DNA of 64,000 nucleotides from an uncultured Eubacteriales bacterium (GTDB lineage Bacteria; Bacillota; Clostridia; Oscillospirales; CAG-272). Positions 48,104 to 58,009 of the stretch are shown here, in pieces. Numbering within the stretch: position 1 is the stretch's first letter; each line of letters opens with the position of its first letter. Both the position numbers and the translations under genes were made by a program. The DNA lies in contig CAKSZH010000001.1 of assembly GCA_934525675.1 (NCBI GenBank), forward strand, positions 138,405 to 202,404, read 5' to 3'. Below the pieces are notes generated by a model. That model made no database searches. It was not told where the DNA came from and was given only the letters and a program-made list of their open reading frames with translations.

Positions 48104-48132
48104 AGTATACAGTATTTTTCCGCGTTTGTCAA
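48104..48132 (-). promoter_or_regulatory. sigma-A promoter driving the riboswitch-ATPase transcript
   Basis: The minus strand reads TTGACA (48127-48132), 17-nt spacer, TATACT (48104-48109). Confidence 0.6.
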
Positions 48133-48157
48133 GAGGCGGGAGTAAATTTTACAGCAC

Positions 48158-48679
48158 TCAGGAGAAGTCTTCGAGAAGCGCGTTCAGTTCGGCAAAGGAG
48201 GTGACATTGATCCCCGCCGCCAGCGCGTCGCGGTCCTTTACGGGGAGCGCGGACACCATGACGGACACGGTGCGGAGCAATCCGCCGTCGGAAGAAAATA
48301 CCCCGATTTTTCCATTGTATTCCCGCACAACATAAAGCGTGACGGAGGATTTCTCCGTGGTGGCGGGCTCCGGAATTTTGTCGGTTTCCGCATTCCCCGC
48401 TGAAGCACCGTTTTCGGTTTTTCCGGTGGGGGTCGAAGGCGTACCGGACCCGTTTTCGTTCCCGGGATTCTTTTCCACGAGCAGCGGTTCCGTCCGTACC
48501 GTGATGGAAAAATCCTTTGCCACCCGTTCGATGGAATCCGCGGCGCGCTCGGCGTTCTTTCCGGCGTTACCGGCTATGAGAAACGCGGTCACGGAGAAGG
48601 CAAGCGTGATGACCGCCGTGATGACCACGAGCACCGAGACAAAGGAAAACCACCATTCCATTTTGTTTTCACTCTGCAT
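48158..48679 (-). CDS. membrane-anchored protein with BofC-C-like domain (tentative)
   Basis: This is the 3' part of a 1081-aa track ORF. The real start is ATG 48679 (MQSENKMEWWFSFVSVLVVITAV TM). It ends with YVVREYNGKIGVF...LPVKDRDALAAGINV...LLEDFS, a pattern I associate with small clostridial BofC-like proteins. Confidence 0.6.
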   Translation of the reverse strand: MQSENKMEWWFSFVSVLVVITAVITLAFSVTAFLIAGNAGKNAERAADSIERVAKDFSITVRTEPLLVEKNPGNENGSGTPSTPTGKTENGASAGNAETDKIPEPATTEKSSVTLYVVREYNGKIGVFSSDGGLLRTVSVMVSALPVKDRDALAAGINVTSFAELNALLEDFS

Positions 48680-48784
48680 GAGATTACCTCTTTTTGATAG
48701 ATTTGATACATATATTTTTTCCCGGCAACGGTGATATATTCGTCCTTTTTTGCGGAAAATACAAAAAAGAAAGGAGTGTACGGT

Positions 48785-51442
48785 ATGCGGAAATTCATAA
48801 ACGGGGTATTGATTTTTCTCTGTGCCACGGGAATTCTTCTGTCCGTCCTGATTGCGGCGGGAACGGTATTCCTCGTGACACGGTTCGAGCGGGAATTCCC
48901 GGAGACGTATCTGACCCTCGGCGAGGAGTATCGTCCGTCGCTTCTGTATGCGTCGGACGGCGACCGGAATGATCTGAATTCCTTTCATGAAGTGGCGGAG
49001 CTGCACGGAAGTCAGATCAGTATTCCCGTGACGCTGGACGAGGTACCGGCACACCTTATTCACGCGTTCGTTGCCATCGAGGACAAGCATTTTTTTACCC
49101 ATGACGGCGTGGACTGGCTGCGTACCGGCAAAGCGGTCGCGGGGTATCTTTTCGGGAAAGGGGAATTCGGCGCGTCCACCATCACCCAGCAGCTGGTCAA
49201 AAACCTGACCGGCAACGACGCGCGCACACCGGCACGTAAATTGCAGGAACTGTTCTACGCAACGGATCTGGAGGAGAAAACGGACAAAACCGAAATTCTG
49301 GAGCGCTATCTCAACATTATCAATCTTTCCGGCGGCTGTGCGGGCGTGGGCGCCGCGGCGGAAAGATACTACTCGGTCCCGGTCGGGAAGCTGACGCTTT
49401 CCGAATGCGCAAGCATTGCGGCAATCACCAAGAACCCGTCGCGCTATGACCCGCTCCGTCACCCGGAGAACAACAGAAAACGCAGGGATACCGTCCTTGA
49501 CGAAATGTGTCGGCAGGGATACATTTCCGAGGCTGAGCGGGACGGGGCAAAGGCGGAGCCGCTTGCGACCCGTCCGACGCTTCTTACCGGACGCGAGTCG
49601 GTCAATTCGTGGTACACGGATACCGTCATCGAAGACGTACTTGCCGATCTGACGGAAACCTACGGATACACTTCCTCCGCCGCGTCGCGGATGCTGTATT
49701 ACGGCGGGCTTCGTATCTATACCGCAATGGACCCGGAGATCCAGTCGCTGCTCTCGGAGTATTATCTGGAAGCGGACGGGGACGTGCGTTGTTTTCCGCC
49801 TGCCGGGAACGGGAAGGCGCCGCAGTCCTCCTGCGTCGTGATGGATCCTCACACCGGTGACCTTCTTGCGGTCGTCGGAGCCAGAGGAGAGAAGACGGCA
49901 AACCGCATCCGTAACCACGCGACGGCGACCCGCCGTCCGCCTGCCTCGGCGCTCAAGCCGCTGTCGGTGTACGCACCTGCGCTCCGCTCCGGAAAAATCA
50001 CCTGGGCAAGTGTGTATGACGACGTTCCGGTGGAGTTTTATCCGTCGGGAGCAAGGTTCCGCGCCTGGCCGAAAAACGCCGACGGTACCTGGCGGGGGCT
50101 GACCGGGATCCCCGATGCCGTGTCGCGTTCGGTCAATACGGTCGCTGTCCGGGTCCTGCGCGAGATCGGCAAGGACGCGTCCGCCGCGTTTCTCACCGGG
50201 GAATTGGGGTTGCCGGGCTTTTCCCCCTCGGACGGGGAGGCGGCGCTTGCCCTCGGACAGATGGCAGAGGGACTGACGCTCCGCGAACTGACCGCGGCGT
50301 ACACGATATTTGCAGATGGGGGACTTGTGCACTCCGCGCGGTCGTATTACCTGGTGACCGACCGCGAGGGAAAGGTGCTTCTGCCAAACCGGGAAAGCCC
50401 CCGCCGTGTACTTTCCGAGGGGCAGGCGGCAATCATGACCCGGTTGCTTACGGGCGTGACACAGACGGGGACCGCACGCTCGCTGACCCTGACCCGAAGG
50501 ATGGAGATTGCCGGAAAAACGGGGACGAGCAGCAGTGATCTTGACCGCTGGTTCATCGGCTATACACCCGATCTGCTTTGCGGGGTCTGGTACGGCTTTG
50601 AATACCCGGAGGACGACATTTCCGGTACTGCGGGAAATCCTGCCGTAGCGGTCTGGGACGGATTTATGACGCGATTGCTTGGAAAGTATCCGCAGAAACT
50701 GCCGACGAAAACTTTTTCCATGCCGGAGGACGTACTGGAGCTTTCCTATTGCGCGGATTCCGGCGGACTTGTCACCGACCTCTGCCTGTCCGATCCGCGC
50801 GGACACCGTACGCGCACCGGTTGGTTCCTTTCCGGAACCGAGCCGCAAGAACTGTGCCGGACGCATACCGCCGTCATGATTGACCCGGAGACAGGGGGCG
50901 TGACGGAAGACGGCGGGGGACGGCAGGTCGGACTGCTTCACGTTATACGGAGCTTTCCCATGCAGATCTATGTCAATGACGCGCCGTTCTGCACACGCGA
51001 CCTGCCGGAGGGCATCGCATTCTGCACCGACCCGACGCTTCCGTTTTTCGCGAACGCGCTGGGGGAGGGCGAGTTTGCCGGAATCGGGTACGGAGAGAAA
51101 CAGTATAACCGCGGATGTCCTACGCGCGTGACCGAAGAAGAGGAAACTCTTCCGCCCGAAGAAGAAACGGAACCCCCGGTGTCCGAAGAACCGGAAGAAT
51201 CCACGCCTTTTGACGGAGGGTCGCGGAATCCATTCTTCCCGGAATCGGAAACGTCCTCCGCACCGGAGAAACGCCCGCACGGCTTTCCGGACGGAACTGC
51301 TCCCGCGGAAACGGATGACGGGACAAGCGGGATTCTGCCGGATCCGTGGGAGAGGGAAATGTATCCCCATCCGTTCCGGGATACCTCTCCCGGTTCCCGG
51401 CATCTTCCCGCAAAGCGTCGTTCCGGAAGGGCGACCGGCTGA
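48785..51442 (+). CDS. class A penicillin-binding protein (PBP1A family)
   Basis: ATG 48785 with RBS AAAGGAG. Transglycosylase motifs EDKHFFTHDGVD and GASTITQQL. Transpeptidase SALKP...KTGTS. Acidic low-complexity C-terminal tail. Confidence 0.9.
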   Translation: MRKFINGVLIFLCATGILLSVLIAAGTVFLVTRFEREFPETYLTLGEEYRPSLLYASDGDRNDLNSFHEVAELHGSQISIPVTLDEVPAHLIHAFVAIEDKHFFTHDGVDWLRTGKAVAGYLFGKGEFGASTITQQLVKNLTGNDARTPARKLQELFYATDLEEKTDKTEILERYLNIINLSGGCAGVGAAAERYYSVPVGKLTLSECASIAAITKNPSRYDPLRHPENNRKRRDTVLDEMCRQGYISEAERDGAKAEPLATRPTLLTGRESVNSWYTDTVIEDVLADLTETYGYTSSAASRMLYYGGLRIYTAMDPEIQSLLSEYYLEADGDVRCFPPAGNGKAPQSSCVVMDPHTGDLLAVVGARGEKTANRIRNHATATRRPPASALKPLSVYAPALRSGKITWASVYDDVPVEFYPSGARFRAWPKNADGTWRGLTGIPDAVSRSVNTVAVRVLREIGKDASAAFLTGELGLPGFSPSDGEAALALGQMAEGLTLRELTAAYTIFADGGLVHSARSYYLVTDREGKVLLPNRESPRRVLSEGQAAIMTRLLTGVTQTGTARSLTLTRRMEIAGKTGTSSSDLDRWFIGYTPDLLCGVWYGFEYPEDDISGTAGNPAVAVWDGFMTRLLGKYPQKLPTKTFSMPEDVLELSYCADSGGLVTDLCLSDPRGHRTRTGWFLSGTEPQELCRTHTAVMIDPETGGVTEDGGGRQVGLLHVIRSFPMQIYVNDAPFCTRDLPEGIAFCTDPTLPFFANALGEGEFAGIGYGEKQYNRGCPTRVTEEEETLPPEEETEPPVSEEPEESTPFDGGSRNPFFPESETSSAPEKRPHGFPDGTAPAETDDGTSGILPDPWEREMYPHPFRDTSPGSRHLPAKRRSGRATG

Positions 51443-51648
51443 AGCTGTCCCGCGAGTACGTGCAGCCGATCTCTGTTATCCGCAGAGAAGATACGGTAAG
51501 CCGACACCCCCGTTTTCCTTGTACCCGCCCCCGCAGAAGCGGGGCGACTTCCGCCGCCCCGCTTTTGCGGGGGCTCCGTTATTTCCTGCACAAAAAGAGA
51601 ATCGCTTCCCACCATCTTCCCGCCCCCCTTTCTCCCGCATAAAAAAAG

Positions 51649-51678
51649 CATCACCTCATATAGTGAAATGAGGTGATG
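51649..51678. other. 11-bp perfect hairpin covering the SD of the next gene; reads as an intrinsic terminator on the minus strand
   Basis: CATCACCTCAT (51649-51659) pairs with ATGAGGTGATG (51668-51678). GAGGTG is the only SD for ATG 51681. The A7 run at 51641-51647 gives U7 after the stem on the minus strand. Confidence 0.6.
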
Positions 51679-51680
51679 TT

Positions 51681-52214
51681 ATGCGCGCAAAAAGAAAGAC
51701 CGGACCCTCGCTCGGCTCCGGTTTCTATGCCGCCTACGGTCCCGGCGGAACGACCGGGATGTTCGTCGGCGCAGGACTGCTCCTCGCCGTGTTTTTCATC
51801 GTCCGCTTCACGGCGGGTAGCCCGTATGTCGTCATGCAGCGACTCCGGCTGTTCGGACTGATCCCGCCGGTCTTCCTGACGACGCTTCTCATAACCCTTT
51901 GGTACCTGCTCATCGGCGGCGCGTTCGGACTTGGACTCTTTTCTCCGTGCCGGGGGAGAGAAGCCGACCGGTATAAGGGCGGCATGCTGTTCGTTCTGCT
52001 CGCCGTGCTGGAGCTTCTCTGGTACACCTGCTTCTTTGTGCGCTCGGAATTGTTCTTCGCAGTTCTCCTTGCACTTGTTACGGTGGTGCTCGCCGTCGGT
52101 GTCGCACTGTGCTTCCGGCGCGTTGCACGGCTGTCTTTCTGTCTCATGCTTGCCCACGCAGCCTGGCTGTGCTATCTGCTCGTCGTCTGTCTCCTCGCAC
52201 TGTTCCGGATGTGA
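51681..52214 (+). CDS. small polytopic membrane protein (weak TspO/MBR-like resemblance)
   Basis: Four to five hydrophobic helices (e.g. LIPPVFLTTLLITLWYLLIGGAFGL). The family call is tentative. Confidence 0.6.
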   Translation: MRAKRKTGPSLGSGFYAAYGPGGTTGMFVGAGLLLAVFFIVRFTAGSPYVVMQRLRLFGLIPPVFLTTLLITLWYLLIGGAFGLGLFSPCRGREADRYKGGMLFVLLAVLELLWYTCFFVRSELFFAVLLALVTVVLAVGVALCFRRVARLSFCLMLAHAAWLCYLLVVCLLALFRM

Positions 52215-52217
52215 AGG

Positions 52218-52718
52218 TTACTTCTCCCACGAAAAGGTCGTCGCCTCGCCGTCCTGCCGAAGCCCTTCAAATCCGTGCTGACGCAGGACCTCGTATGCCG
52301 CGATGGCAACCGAATTGGAGAGGTTGAGCGAGCGGAGCGTGTCCCGCATGGGAATGCGTACCGCCGTGTCAGGGTGCGCCTGAAGCACAGCCTCGGGAAG
52401 CCCCTTCGTTTCCTTCCCGAACATCAGGTATACCTCGTCCGGATAGCGGATCTCTGTGTATGCGCGCGGCGCTTTGGTGGAGAAATAATATACATCCGCG
52501 CCCGGATTGCTACGGTAAAAGTCTTCAAGATCGTTATAGAAGCGCACGCCGAGCTTGTCCCAGTAGTCAAGCCCCGAGCGCTTCATTTTTCTGTCGTCGA
52601 TGTCAAACCCCAAAGGGCGGATAAGATGGAGACTTGCCCCCGTGACAGCACAGGTGCGCGCAATATTGCCGGTATTCTGCGGAATTTCCGGCTCGTGAAG
52701 TACAATGTGCAGTTTCAT
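52218..52718 (-). CDS. trmL: tRNA (cytidine/uridine-2'-O)-methyltransferase TrmL (SpoU family)
   Basis: [24 protein letters not shown]...[12 protein letters not shown] 52718 with RBS GAGGAA. Confidence 0.88.
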   Translation of the reverse strand: MKLHIVLHEPEIPQNTGNIARTCAVTGASLHLIRPLGFDIDDRKMKRSGLDYWDKLGVRFYNDLEDFYRSNPGADVYYFSTKAPRAYTEIRYPDEVYLMFGKETKGLPEAVLQAHPDTAVRIPMRDTLRSLNLSNSVAIAAYEVLRQHGFEGLRQDGEATTFSWEK

Positions 52719-52751
52719 GCCGTTCCTCGTTTCAGAGAAGAGAATACCGTC

Positions 52752-52780
52752 ATTATATCGCATATTTTCCGTGAAATCAA
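52752..52780 (-). promoter_or_regulatory. sigma-A promoter of trmL
   Basis: The minus strand reads TTGATT, 17-nt spacer, TATAAT. Confidence 0.55.
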
Positions 52781-52809
52781 GAAATTACACCGGATTTCCA
52801 AAAAAGTAT

Positions 52810-52838
52810 TTGAAATCTTCATACAAATGTTGTATAAT
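52810..52838 (+). promoter_or_regulatory. sigma-A promoter of secA
   Basis: TTGAAA (52810-52815), 17-nt spacer, TATAAT (52833-52838). Confidence 0.65.
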
Positions 52839-52890
52839 ATATCTTAACTATGTGCAAATGACCTTCAATTTCAAATATACGGAGGATATC

Positions 52891-55647
52891 ATGTCACTGA
52901 TCGACAAAATCATCGGTACTTACAGCGAACGTCAGATTAAAAAACTGAAAAAGACGGCGGACGCGGTGGACGCGCTGTCGGAAAAATATGCGGCAATGAG
53001 CGATGAGGAGCTGCGCGGCGTGACGGCGGAGTTCAAAAAACGTCTTTCGGACGGCGAAACGCTCAACGACCTCCTTCCCGACGCGTTCGCGGCAGTCCGG
53101 GAAGCGGACTGGCGGGTGCTTGGCAAACGTCCGTTCTATGTCCAGATTCTCGGCGGCATCATCCTTCACCAGGGACGCATTGCCGAAATGAAGACCGGTG
53201 AAGGCAAAACACTGGTCGCCACCATGCCCGCATACCTCAACGCACTGACGGGAGAGGGCGTTCACATCGTCACGGTCAATGACTACCTTGCCCGCCGCGA
53301 CAGCGAGGAGATGGGACGAGTTTACGCCTATCTCGGACTTTCGACGGGACTTGTCGTGCACGATATGTCGCCCGCGGACAAGCAGGCGGCATACGCGGCG
53401 GACATCACCTACGGAACCAACAACGAGTTCGGCTTTGATTACCTCCGCGACAATATGGTCGTCTACCGCGAGAATATGGTGCAGCGCGGTCACGCGTTTG
53501 CCATCGTGGACGAGGTGGACTCCATCCTCATCGACGAGGCGCGTACCCCGCTGATCATTTCCGGTGCGGGCGAGGAATCGAGCGATATGTACCGGAGAGC
53601 GGACGATTTCGTGCGCGGGCTCCGCAAGTTTGTCATCAAGGAGATTGATGCCAAGCAGGACAACGACCAGATCGACGCGGATTACATCATCGACGAAAAG
53701 GCGAAGAACGCGGTGCTGACCGCGTCGGGTGCAAAGAAAGCGGAAGCCTTCTTCGGTATCGAGAACTATTCCGATCCCGCAAACTCCGAGATCGCGCACT
53801 ACGTCACCCAGGCGATCAAGGCGCACGGCTGCATGAAGCGCGACGAGGATTACGTCGTCAATGAAAAGGGCGTCATGATCGTCGATTCCTTCACGGGACG
53901 TCTCATGCCCGGCAGACGGTATTCCGACGGTCTGCACCAGGCAATCGAAGCCAAGGAGGGCGTGGAGGTCCAGAAGGAGAACAAAACGCTCGCGACCATC
54001 ACCTTCCAGAACTATTTCCGTATGTATAAGAAGCTGTCCGGTATGACCGGTACCGCGCTCACAGAGGAAATGGAATTCCGCGAAATTTACGGGCTGGACG
54101 TGGTGGAGGTTCCCACCAACAAGCCGATGATCCGGATCGACCATTCCGACGTGGTGTATCAGACCATGGAAGCAAAATACGCGGCGATTGTCGAGCAGGT
54201 CAGGGAATGTCACGAAAAGGGACAGCCGGTACTGGTCGGTACCATTGCAATCGACAAATCCGAGCAGCTTTCCGTCCGCCTGAAAAAAGCGGGAATCCCG
54301 CATACCGTACTCAACGCGAAGTATCATGAAAAAGAAGCGGAGATCGTCGCGCAGGCGGGTAAATTCGGTGCCGTCACCATTTCCACCAACATGGCAGGAC
54401 GTGGTACCGACATCATGCTCGGCGGCAACCCGGAATTTCTCGCAAAGACCGAAATGGCGAAAATGGAGATTCCGGAGGAGCTGATTGCGGCATCCACCGG
54501 AACCGCAGAGACCGACGACGAAGCGGTCCTGAATGCCCGCAGGACCTTCCGCGAGCTGTACGACAGATACCGCGCAGAGATCGCGCCGGAGGCGGAGAAG
54601 GTCAGAGCGGCGGGAGGACTCTTTATCCTCGGCACCGAACGCCACGAGAGCCGACGCATTGACAATCAGCTCCGCGGACGCGCCGGACGTCAGGGCGACC
54701 CCGGCGAATCGAGATTCTTCCTTTCCCTTGAGGATGACCTCATGCGCCTGTTCGGAAGCGACCGCCTCACCGGTATGATCGCGGCGCTCAAGCTGCCGGC
54801 GGACGTGCCGATCGACGCGCGCATCCTCTCCAACCAGATCGAAAGTGCACAGAAGCGCCTGGAAGACAACAACTTCAAGCGCAGAAAATACGTCCTGTCC
54901 TATGACGACGTGATGAATCAGCAGAGAAACGTCATTTACGGGCAGAGAAAAGAAGTGCTGGACGGCTCCGATCCCTCGGCGGATATTCTCAAAATGGTAC
55001 ACTCCTCCATCGGGGAAGCGGTTGCCGCAAATACGGCGGATGAGGTTCCGGACAACTGGAATTTCGACGCGCTCCGTTCCCGTTACCTCGGTGTGCTGAC
55101 GACCGAAGAGGATTTCAGATACGAAACGCGCGAACTGGAAAAGCTCTCCCGTGAAGATCTCACGGATCTGCTCACGGAGCGTGCCGAGAAACTGCTTGCC
55201 GATAAGGCGGCGCTGTTCGGCGAGGAGACCTTCAAGGAGATCGAGCGTGCGATCCTGCTCCGCACCGTTGACCGCGCGTGGATGGAACACATCGACGCAA
55301 TGGAAGACCTCAAGGGCAGCATCGGGCTTCAGTCCTATGCGCAGAGAGATCCCGTCACCGAGTACCGCATTCAGGGTGCGGATATGTTCGATTCCATGGT
55401 CGAGGACATCCGTGAGACGACCGTCCGGGGCGTTCTGACCGTCGTTCCGAGAGAAAAACCCGTGACCCGTGTGCAGGTGGCAAAGCCGCTTGGCGAAGGC
55501 TTTGAGGACGGCAAAATGAAGCCGAGGAAGGTCACCATCACGACCGTCCGCAAGCCGGCAACGGTCGGACGCAATGATCCTTGTCCCTGCGGCTCCGGTA
55601 AGAAGTACAAGAACTGCTGCATGAGAGCGGATCAGCAGGGAAAGTGA
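52891..55647 (+). CDS. secA: preprotein translocase ATPase SecA
   Basis: ATG 52891 with [48 protein letters not shown] and C-terminal Zn motif [13 protein letters not shown]. Confidence 0.97.
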   Translation: MSLIDKIIGTYSERQIKKLKKTADAVDALSEKYAAMSDEELRGVTAEFKKRLSDGETLNDLLPDAFAAVREADWRVLGKRPFYVQILGGIILHQGRIAEMKTGEGKTLVATMPAYLNALTGEGVHIVTVNDYLARRDSEEMGRVYAYLGLSTGLVVHDMSPADKQAAYAADITYGTNNEFGFDYLRDNMVVYRENMVQRGHAFAIVDEVDSILIDEARTPLIISGAGEESSDMYRRADDFVRGLRKFVIKEIDAKQDNDQIDADYIIDEKAKNAVLTASGAKKAEAFFGIENYSDPANSEIAHYVTQAIKAHGCMKRDEDYVVNEKGVMIVDSFTGRLMPGRRYSDGLHQAIEAKEGVEVQKENKTLATITFQNYFRMYKKLSGMTGTALTEEMEFREIYGLDVVEVPTNKPMIRIDHSDVVYQTMEAKYAAIVEQVRECHEKGQPVLVGTIAIDKSEQLSVRLKKAGIPHTVLNAKYHEKEAEIVAQAGKFGAVTISTNMAGRGTDIMLGGNPEFLAKTEMAKMEIPEELIAASTGTAETDDEAVLNARRTFRELYDRYRAEIAPEAEKVRAAGGLFILGTERHESRRIDNQLRGRAGRQGDPGESRFFLSLEDDLMRLFGSDRLTGMIAALKLPADVPIDARILSNQIESAQKRLEDNNFKRRKYVLSYDDVMNQQRNVIYGQRKEVLDGSDPSADILKMVHSSIGEAVAANTADEVPDNWNFDALRSRYLGVLTTEEDFRYETRELEKLSREDLTDLLTERAEKLLADKAALFGEETFKEIERAILLRTVDRAWMEHIDAMEDLKGSIGLQSYAQRDPVTEYRIQGADMFDSMVEDIRETTVRGVLTVVPREKPVTRVQVAKPLGEGFEDGKMKPRKVTITTVRKPATVGRNDPCPCGSGKKYKNCCMRADQQGK

Positions 55648-55648
55648 T

Positions 55649-56326
55649 ATGGGATTCGGTCTCTTGTTTTTCGGCGTTCTCATCGCCGAGGTGCCGTTTC
55701 TCGGCGCATGGTTTCCCACCTGCTTTCTCGGGTATCTTCTGATCCTTGCGGCGGTGGGAAAACTGCGGATGTACGAGAGCACGTACCATTTCGCCTTCAT
55801 CCCGCTTATCCCCCTGATCCTGTTTTCGGGGTTTCAGATCGGCGCGGCGATCTTCGGCGTGACAAAGCTTGGTGTCATCTATCCCGGCGGCACGGCGGGA
55901 ACGGTTCTGAACGCCGCATTTCAGGTCTTCCGGATGTTGCTCCGTGAGACGCTGTTCTTCGGAACGGCAGAGCTTGCCGCATCCGTGAAATTGCCGAAGC
56001 TCCGCCTCCGCGCGGTACAGAATATGGTTGCCTACGGAATCTGGTTTTTGTTTGCCGTGCTCCAATTGACCGGAATCTTCAAAGGCGTTCCCGGTTTTGA
56101 TGCCGCGCTCATGATTGTGTATCTGCTTGTGACCGTATTTGCGCTCGTGCTGTACGCTTCCTCGTATCGCCGGATCTGCCCGGAGGGGGAAGAGGATGCC
56201 CCGCGCCGTAAATCGCGCTTTGCTTTTGTCAACCGCTTTTATGAAAAGCTCGACAAAAAAGAGGAGCAGGCGGCAAAGGAATCCGCAAAACTTTACCTCG
56301 AACATAAAAAAGGAAAGAAAAAATAA
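55649..56326 (+). CDS. polytopic membrane protein, unknown function
   Basis: The ATG lies 1 nt after the secA stop. About 6 TM helices and a Lys-rich C-terminal tail. The N-terminal FLGYLLILAAVGKL resembles the next protein. Confidence 0.7.
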   Translation: MGFGLLFFGVLIAEVPFLGAWFPTCFLGYLLILAAVGKLRMYESTYHFAFIPLIPLILFSGFQIGAAIFGVTKLGVIYPGGTAGTVLNAAFQVFRMLLRETLFFGTAELAASVKLPKLRLRAVQNMVAYGIWFLFAVLQLTGIFKGVPGFDAALMIVYLLVTVFALVLYASSYRRICPEGEEDAPRRKSRFAFVNRFYEKLDKKEEQAAKESAKLYLEHKKGKKK

Positions 56327-56512
56327 GCCGGTAAAACGGCTCCGCAAGACTTTTTCTGAAAGGACAAATATAAAGGGACTGTGGCAACGTGTCCCCCGGT
56401 TTTTCCGCGACGGAGAAGAGCAAGGAACAATCAGGCGGCAACGTGTCCGCAGGATTTCCTCAAACATCGCCCACCTGTCCGTTTGGGACGGAACTATGAA
56501 AGGAGAGACCCA

Positions 56513-57925
56513 ATGCAGAAAATCAAAAAGAATCTCGGAATCGGGCAGATCCTTCTCTCCGCCGTGTTTCTGTTCAATCCGGAGGTCAGCGTCATTGACC
56601 CGCTCCCCGATTTCATCGGTTATCTGCTTCTCGTAACGGGGCTGACCTGTCTTGCCGATCTCAATGAAACGCTTGCCACGGCGCGGAAACTGTTTCTCAT
56701 ACTCGCATGGGTTTCCGGCGCACAGCTTCTGTCGGTTCTGTTTCTGTTCGGCGCCGGCGCGTCGGCAGACCGGGCAATGAATTTTCTTCTGTTCCCGTTC
56801 TGCTTCGGCATTCTGTCAACCCTGCTTGCAATCCCGGCGTTCAAATTCCTGTTTGACGGTCTTTTGTATCTCGGCACCCGCCATAACGGAACGGCGGTTT
56901 TCCGGGGCGCCGGGAAAAAGGAGCCGGTTCCGGGGCAGTTCGCCGCAGTCGATCACCTGCGTTTTCTTACATACGTATTCCTGATCTTCAAAACGGTGAT
57001 GACGGTCCTGCCGGAGTTTGCTGTACTGTCCGCGTACGGACAGGATCTGAATGCGGTCAACTGGTCGCGGTTTCTTCCCCTGTTCCGTATGGGTGCGATC
57101 ATCGTTGTCCTTCCGTTCGGGATCGTCTGGCTCTGCCGGTATATCGGATTTTTCCGTGCGGTCAGGAACGACGGGGAGTTTATCGGAACCCTGACGGAAA
57201 AATATCGCACCGAGGTTTTGACGAAGGAATCCGTGTTTGTTCTCCGGACGGTCTTCCGCGCATTTCTTCTGCTCGGCGCCGCGGCGGTATTCAGCATGGA
57301 CTTTTATCTGAACCGGTATAATGTCCTGCCGGATTTCATTGCGGGAATCTGCATTTTTCTCGCAGTCCTGTTTTTGCGGAAATATCTCAAAAAACCGAAT
57401 TTCCTGCTTGCAGGCAGTGCCGTGTACACGGTTGTGGCCGCCGCGGAATGGATTCTTTATACCCTCTTTGTCCGCTCCAGCCGGTACCGGGACATTTACG
57501 TGGATATCCGCCTGATGGCGCCCGACGCAGTGTCGGGACATTACCTGACATCCGTCGTTTACGGCGTATCCGAAGTGCTGTTTCTCTGTCTCTTTGTGCT
57601 TCTTGTCATACAGCTTCTCGGTTTTGTCCGGAATTATACCTGCTTCCCGGTCAATCCGTCGCTTCACGATTCCGAAGCGCGGCTCCGCCTGGAGCAGAAG
57701 CCGCTTCGCGTCGGACTGTATATCGCGGTGCTGCTTGCGGCGGTTTGCGCGGGGCTTGCGGTCTGCCTCAGAATTTTCATTCCGTATGCGACGGTCAAAC
57801 GTTTTTCTTTCAGTGAACTTCTGACGCTCCTCTCCGCGATCGCGTCGATTGCGTGGGCAGCGGAATTCTGCGTGACGCTTGCGGCAATCCGTGCGCAGGT
57901 GAAAAATAAATACTGGCTGGACTGA
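56513..57925 (+). CDS. polytopic membrane protein with internally duplicated LPDFI(G/A) module, unknown function
   Basis: ATG 56513 with RBS AAAGGAG. IDPLPDFIGYLLLVTGL at the N-terminus and YNVLPDFIAGICIFLAVL mid-protein. Confidence 0.7.
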   Translation: MQKIKKNLGIGQILLSAVFLFNPEVSVIDPLPDFIGYLLLVTGLTCLADLNETLATARKLFLILAWVSGAQLLSVLFLFGAGASADRAMNFLLFPFCFGILSTLLAIPAFKFLFDGLLYLGTRHNGTAVFRGAGKKEPVPGQFAAVDHLRFLTYVFLIFKTVMTVLPEFAVLSAYGQDLNAVNWSRFLPLFRMGAIIVVLPFGIVWLCRYIGFFRAVRNDGEFIGTLTEKYRTEVLTKESVFVLRTVFRAFLLLGAAAVFSMDFYLNRYNVLPDFIAGICIFLAVLFLRKYLKKPNFLLAGSAVYTVVAAAEWILYTLFVRSSRYRDIYVDIRLMAPDAVSGHYLTSVVYGVSEVLFLCLFVLLVIQLLGFVRNYTCFPVNPSLHDSEARLRLEQKPLRVGLYIAVLLAAVCAGLAVCLRIFIPYATVKRFSFSELLTLLSAIASIAWAAEFCVTLAAIRAQVKNKYWLD

Positions 57926-58009
57926 CCGGATTCTGTTCCGCTCCTGAATAGACAGGCGGCGCACGGTGCATACTTATGCTGAAATCCAAATCAGAAAGGA
58001 ATTCAGAAT

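Noticed and set aside
51651-52157. 168-aa minus-strand ORF opposite the small membrane-protein gene.
   Set aside because: It is a highly charged low-complexity product (E/R/K/H/Q). The plus-strand frame gives a coherent 4-5 TM protein with an SD.
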